A DNA stretch of 64,000 nucleotides from NCBI RefSeq assembly GCF_009914755.1, contig NC_060948.1. One strand, given 5' to 3'. Made by a program: the position numbers and the translations under genes. Origin of the DNA: the human T2T-CHM13v2.0 reference genome, Homo sapiens. Every line of letters starts with the position of its first letter. Position 1 is the stretch's first letter. Of the stretch, positions 57,634-64,000 are shown one piece after another. Under the pieces are notes generated by a model. The model did not search any database and had not been told where the DNA came from. It saw only the letters and a program-made list of their open reading frames with translations.

Positions 57634-60600
57634 TGGAAAGGAATGCAATGATTTGGCATGGAATGGAATCGAATGGCATCGAATGGAATGGAATGGAATG
57701 CAATGGAATGGAATGTATTAGAATGTAATGAACTTTAATGGAATGTACTCGAATGGATTCGACTGGAATGGAATGTTCTGGAAGTGAATGGACTCCAATG
57801 GAATGGATTCCAAAGGAATGGAATCGTACGGAATGGAATCTAATGGAATGGAATTAAATGGAAATGAATCAAATTGAATAGCACGGAATTGAATTGAATG
57901 GAATGGAATGCAATGGAATCTAATGAAACGGAAAGGAAAGGAATGGAATGGAATGGAATGGGCTGGAATGGAAAGGAATCGAAACGAATGGAATGGAATC
58001 GAACTGAAGAGACTGGAATGGAATGCACTGGAATGGAAGGGAGTGTAATGGAAGGTTCTCGAAAAAAATGGAATCGAATGGAATGGAATTGAATGGAACG
58101 GAATAGAGTCGAATGGAATTGAATGGAATGGAATGGACTAGAGTGAAATGGAATCGAACCACAAGGAATGGAGAGGAATAGAATGGTCTCGAATTGAATG
58201 GAATCGTATGGAATGGCATCAAACGGAATGGAATGGACAGCCACGGAATGGAATGCACTCGAATGCAATGGAGTCGAAACTAATGGACTGGAATAGGATG
58301 GACTCGACTGGTACGGACTCCAATGGAATGGAATCGAATGGAAGGGAATCGAACGGAATGGACTCGAAGGGAAAAGACTGCAATGGAAAGGTCTCGAATG
58401 GAATGGAAATTAATGGAATGGAATGGAATCGAATGAAATGGAGTCAAAAGGAATGGAATCGAATGGCAACAAATCGAATGTAATGGAATCGCAAGGAATT
58501 GATGTGAACGGAACGGAATGGAATGGAATCCAAAGGAATGGAATAGAATGGAATGGAATCGAATGGAAAGGACTCGAATGGAAATCACTCGAATAGAATG
58601 CAATTTAATAAAATAGGATCAAATTTAATGGAATGGAATGGAAAGGAATCGAAACGAAAGGAATGGAGACAGATGGAATGGAATGGAACAGAGAGCAATG
58701 GTATAGAATGGAATGGAATCATCTGGAATGGAATTGAATGGAATGGAATAATATGAAATGGAATGGAATGGAATGGAATGGAATGCCCTTGAATTAAATG
58801 GACTGGAATGGAATGGACTCGAACAGAGTGGAATGGAAAGTGTTGAGATAGAATGGAATGGACTCCTTTGGAATGGTGTAGTATGCAATGCAATCGACTG
58901 GCAGGGAATCAAAAGGAATGTAATGGAATGGACTGGACTGGAATGCAATGGACTCGAATAGATTGGAAACGGAATGCAAAGGAATGGAATGGAATAGTAT
59001 GGAATGGAATGGAAAGGAATGGAGTGGAATAGACTAGAGTGGAATGGAATGGACTGGAAAGCAATGGACTGGAATGGAACTTTCTTGAATGGACTAGAAT
59101 CAAACGGAATGGAATGCAATGCAATCAAATGGCATGGAATAAAATAGAATGAAAGAGAATCAAATGGAATTGAATCGAATGGAATCGAATGGATTGGAAA
59201 GGAATAGAATGGAATGGAATGGAATTGACTCAAATGGAATGGACTAGAATGGAATGGATTCGAATGGAAGGCAAAGGAATGGAATCTATTGGAATGGACT
59301 GTAATGGAATGGAATGGAAGGGATTGGAATGGACTCGAATGGAATGGACTGCAATAGAAAGGATTCGAATGGAATGAAAAAGAATTGAATGGAATAGAAC
59401 AGAATGGAATCAAATCGAATGAAATGGAATGGAATAGAAAGGAATGGAATGAAATGGAATGGAAAGGATTCGAATGGAATGCAATCGAATGGAATGGAAT
59501 CGAACGGAATGGAATAAAATGGAAGAAAACTGGCAAGAAATGGAATCGAAATGAATGGAGTGTTATGGAACGGACTCAAAAGGAATTGAATGTAATAGAA
59601 TGGAGTGGAGTGGACTCGAATATAATGGACTGGAATGGAATGAAATCACATGGAATGGGAACGAATGGAATGGAATGGAAAGGAATGGAATCGAATGGAA
59701 AGGAATCGAATGGAAGGGAATGAAATTGAATCAACAGGAATGGAAGGGAATAGAATAGACGGTAATGGAATGGACTCGAATAGAATGGACACGAATGCTC
59801 AAATTGAATGGACTCGAATGGAATGGAAACGAAAGGAACGTCATCGAATGGAATTGAATCGATTGGAATGAAATCGCATAGAATGGAGTGGAATCAAATG
59901 GAATTGAATCGAAAGGAAAGGAAGCGAATGGACTGAAATGAAATGGAATGGAATTGAATGGAAAGTAATGCAATGGAATAGAATGGAACGAAATTTCACG
60001 GAATGGAATCAAACTGAATGGAATCAAATCAATGGAATCCAATCAAATGGAATGGAAAGGAATTGAATGGAGTAGATTGGATTGGATGGGATTGGAATGA
60101 AATGTACTGGAAAGGACTCGAATTTCATGAAACGGAATGGAATGAATTGGAACGGAATGGACTCGAATGCAATGGAATGTCATGGAATGGCATCAAATGG
60201 AATGGCATCAAATGGAATGGAATCGAATGCAATGGAATGCTATGGAATGGAATGGAATGCATTGGAATGGAATGTCCTCTAATGGAATGGATTCGAGTGG
60301 AATGGAATCGAATATAATGGAGTCGAATGAAATGGAATTGAAAGGAATGGGATCGAATACAATGGAATATACTGGAATGTAATGTAATGAACTCGAATGT
60401 AATTGACTGGAATGGAATGTACATGAATGGAATGTAATCGAATGGAAAGTAATCCAATGGAATAGAATCTAATGCAATAAAATCGACTCAGATAGAGTAG
60501 AATGTAATGGAATGGAGTGCAGTGCAATGGAATGGAATGGAATGGAATGCAATGGAATGGAATGGAATGGAATGGAATGGAATGGAATGGAATGGGATGG

Positions 60601-61202
60601 GATGGAATGGTATGGAATGGATAGTAATGGACTGGAGTGAAATGGACTGGAAAGGAATGGACTCAAATTGAAAGGGCTCGAAAGGAATGGAGTCAAATGG
60701 AATGGTCTGGAATGGAATGAACACGAATGTAATGCAATCCAATAGAATGGAATCGAATGGCATGGAATATAAAGAAATGGAATCGGAGAGAATGGAAACA
60801 AATGGAATGGAATTGAATGGAATGGAATTGAATGGAATGGGAACGAATGGAGTGAAATTGTATGCAGTAGAAGGGAATAGAATGGAATGCAAGCGAAAGG
60901 AAAGGAATGGATTGGAATGGAATGGAATTCATTGGAATGGAAGGGAATGTAGTGTAATGGACAGGCCTGGAATAAAGTGGAATGCTACGGTCTCGAATGG
61001 AATAAAAATGTATGGAATGGAATGCAATGAAATGGAATCGAATGTCATAGAATGTAATGGAATGCAACAAAATGGAATCCAAAATCATTGACTGGAAAGG
61101 CTGGGTGTCGAAAGGAATTGACTCCAATGGAATGGAATCGAATGGAATGGAAGTGAATAGAATCGAACTAAATCGAATGGAATGGAATTGATAGGAACGG
61201 AA
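57634..61202 (+). repeat. DYZ1 monomer 18 (3569 bp), B-type
   Basis: Same B markers as monomer 16. HaeIII site present (60964). Confidence 0.88.
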
Positions 61203-64000
61203 TGGAAAGGAATGCAATGATTTGGCATGGAATGGAATCGAATGGCATCGAATGGAATGGAATGGAATGCAATGGAATGGAATGTATTAGAATGTAATGA
61301 ACTTTAATGGAATGTACTCGAATGGATTCGACTGGAATGGAATGTTGTGGAAGTGAATGGACTCCAATGGAATGGATTCAAAAGGAATGGAATTGTACGG
61401 AATGGAATCTAATGGAATGGAATTAAATGGAAATGAATCAAATTGAATAGCACGGAATTGAATTGAATGGAATGGAATGCAATGGAATCTAATGAAACGG
61501 AAAGGAAAGGAATGGAATGGAATGGAATGGGCTGGAATGGAAAGGAATCGAAACGAATGGAATGGAATCGAACTGAAGAGACTGGAATGGACTGCACTGG
61601 AATGGAAGGGAGTGTAATGGAAGGTTCTCGAAAAAAATGGAATCGAATGGAATGGAATTGAATGGAACGGAATAGAGTCGAATGGAATTGAATGGAATGG
61701 AATGGACTAGAGTGAAATGGAATCGAACCACAAGGAATGGACATGAATAGAATGGTCTCGAATTGAATGGAATCGTATGGAATGGCATCAAACGGAATGG
61801 AATGGACAGCCACGGAATGGAATGCACTCGAATGCAATGGAGTCGAAACTAATGGACTGGAATAGAATGGACTCGAATGGTACGGACTCCAATGGAATGG
61901 AATCGAATGGAAGGGAATCGAACGGAATGGACTCGAAGGGAAAAGACTGCAATGGAAAGGTCTCGAATGGAATGGAAATAAATGGAATGGAATGGAATCG
62001 AATGAAATGGAGTCAAAAGGAATGGAATCGAATGGCAAGAAATCGAATGTAATGGAATCGCAAGGAATTGATGTGAACGGAACGGAATGGAATGGAATCC
62101 AAAGGAATGGAATAGAATGGAATGGAATCGAATGGAAAGGACTCGAATGGAAATCACTCGAATAGAATGCAATTTAATAAAATAGGACCAAATGTAATGG
62201 AATGGAATGGAAAGGAATCGAAACGAAAGGAATGGAGACAGATGGAATGGAATGGAACAGAGAGCAATGGTATAGAATGGAATGGAATCATCTGGAATGG
62301 AATTGAATGGAATGGAATAATATGAAATGGAATGGAATGGAATGGAATGGAATGCCCTTGAATTAAATGGACTGGAATGGAATGGACTCGAACAGAGTGG
62401 AATGGAAAGTGTTGAGATAGAATGGAATGGACTCGTTTGGAATGGTCTAGTATGCAATGCAATCGACTGGCAGGGTATCAAAAGGAATGTAATGGAATGG
62501 ATTGGACTGGAATGCAATGGACTCGAATAGATTGCAAACGGAATGCAAAGGAATGGAATGGAATAGTATGGAATGGAATGGAAAGGAATGGAGTGGAATA
62601 GACTAGAGTGGAATGGAATGGACTGGAAAGAAATGGACTGGAATGGAACTTTCTTGGATGGACTGGAATCAAACGGAATGGAATGCAATGCAATCAAATG
62701 GCATGGAATAAAATAGAATGAAAGAGAATCAAATGGAATTGAATCGAATGGAATCGAATGGATTGGAAAGGAATAGAATGGAATGGAATGGAATTGACTC
62801 AAATGGAATGGACCAGAATGGAATGGATTCGAATGGAAGGCAAAGGAATGGAATCTATTGGAATGGACTGTAATGGAATGGAATGGAAGGGATTGGAATG
62901 GACTCGAATGGAATGGACTGCAATAGAAAGGATTCGAATGGAATGAAAAAGAATTGAATGGAATAGAACAGAATGGAATCAAATCGAATGAAATGGAATG
63001 GAATAGAAAGGAATGGAATGAAATGGAATGGAAAGGATTCGAATGGAATGCAATCGAATGGAATGGAATCGAACGGAATGGAATAAAATGGAAGAAAACT
63101 GGCAAGAAATGGAATCGAAATGAATGGAGTGTTATAGAACGGACTCAAAAGGAATTGAATGTAATAGAATGGAGTGGAGTGGACTCGAATATAATGGACT
63201 GGAATGGAATGAAATCACATGGAATGGGAACGAATGGAATGGAATGGAAAGGAATGGAATTGAATGGAAAGGAATCGAATGGAAGGGAATTAAATTGAAT
63301 CAACAGGAATGGAAGGGAATAGAATAGACGGTAATGGAATGGACTCGAATTGAATGGACACGAATGCTCAAATTGAATGGACTCGAATGGAATGGAAACG
63401 AAAGGAATGTCATCGAATGGAATTGAATCGATTGGAATGAAATCGCATAGAATGGAGTGGAATCAAATGGAATTGAATCGAAAGGAAAGGAAGCGAATGG
63501 ACTGAAATGAAATGGAATGGAATTGAATGGAAAGTAATGCAATGGAATAGAATGGAACGAAATTTCACGGAATGGAATCAAACTGAATGGAATCAAATCA
63601 ATGGAATCTAATCAAATGGAATGGAAAGGAATTGAATGGAGTAGATTGGATTGGATGGGATTGGAATGAAATGTACTGGAAAGGACTCGAATTTCATGAA
63701 ACGGAATGGAATGAATTGGAACGGAATGGACTCGAATGGAATGGAATGTCATGGAATGGCATCAAATGGAATGGCATCAAATGGAATGGAATCGAATGCA
63801 ATGTAATGCTATGGAATGAAATGGAATGCATTGGAATGGAATGTCCTGTAATGGAATGGATTCGAGTGGAATGGAATCGAATATAATGGAGTCGAATGAA
63901 ATGGAATTGAAAGGAATGGGATCGAATACAATGGAATATACTGGAATGTAATGTAATGAACTCGAATGTAATTGACTGGAATGGAATGTACATGAATGGA
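61203..64000 (+). repeat. DYZ1 monomer 19 (partial), A-type
   Basis: A markers as in monomers 15 and 17; shares GTCCTGTAAT with monomer 17. Truncated by the window end. Confidence 0.87.

Larger units (their letters stand above)
1..64000 (+). repeat. DYZ1: Human satellite 3 (HSat3) array, DYZ1 (Yq12) type; GGAAT strand on +
   Basis: Continuous diverged (GGAAT)n with variants such as CGAAT, TGAAT, GGACT, GCAAT. Unique landmarks (GGCTGGGTGTCG, GGACAGCCACGG, CTGGCAGGG) recur every ~3.56 kb. Several units are exactly 3564 bp, the established DYZ1 monomer length, with one GAATTC and a GGCC/GGTC site per unit. Runs off both window ends. Confidence 0.96.
45500..64000 (+). repeat. ~7.1-kb A/B dimeric higher-order repeat (periods 7132 and 7117 bp)
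   Basis: More than ten diagnostic variants alternate strictly between odd (15, 17, 19) and even (14, 16, 18) monomers. The left boundary is approximate. Confidence 0.85.

Noticed and set aside
207-63993. Hundreds of ORFs, up to 418 aa on the minus strand (FHSIP repeats) and MEWNG repeats on the plus strand
   Set aside because: Pure (GGAAT)n and (ATTCC)n have no stop codon in any frame, so long low-complexity ORFs are expected. They overlap in all frames, recur with each monomer, are broken by random variants and resemble no protein domain.
1-64000. CRISPR-like or other repeat-spacer system
   Set aside because: There are no constant repeats separated by unique spacers and no cas-like genes. 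The apparently unique segments are degenerate pentamers copied in every monomer.
1-64000. DYZ2 (AT-rich/Alu-containing) block, transposon insertion or inversion
   Set aside because: I saw no Alu or L1 sequence, poly(A) tail, AT-rich block or switch to the CATTC strand. The 2152-bp units are deleted DYZ1, not DYZ2.
1-64000. Telomeric repeat, HSat2 or alpha satellite
   Set aside because: No TTAGGG arrays or 171-bp period. The dominance of GGAAT runs with a 3564-bp period fits HSat3/DYZ1 rather than the CATTCGATTC-dominated HSat2.

Overview
The whole 64 kb is one uninterrupted, single-orientation array of human classical satellite 3 (diverged GGAAT/CATTC pentamers). It is organised into a ~3.56-kb monomer that matches DYZ1 of Yq12 heterochromatin: modal length 3564 bp, one conserved EcoRI site and a polymorphic HaeIII/StuI site per unit. 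Using the landmark TGGAAAGGAATGCAATGATTTGGC, the window holds 18 complete monomers plus a partial 19th. Their lengths are 3504, 3529, 3569, 3564, 3564, 3559, 3554, 3568, 3563, 2152, 3563, 2152, 3548, 3564, 3563, 3569, 3548 and 3569 bp. I find no genes, RNA genes, transposons, CRISPR or DYZ2/Alu sequence, and all ORFs are artefacts of the pentamer. I see no evidence for a new coding system. What is interesting is the array architecture: (i) two copies of a monomer carrying the same 1411-bp in-register deletion, forming a 5715-bp super-repeat; (ii) an A/B dimeric higher-order repeat of ~7.1 kb in the right third; (iii) a block of recombinant 'B-body/A-tail' monomers that appears to have expanded inside an A/B dimer, leaving a ~22-kb stretch without HaeIII sites; and (iv) a patchwork of staggered local duplications or conversions in the left third. 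All variant calls were read by eye.
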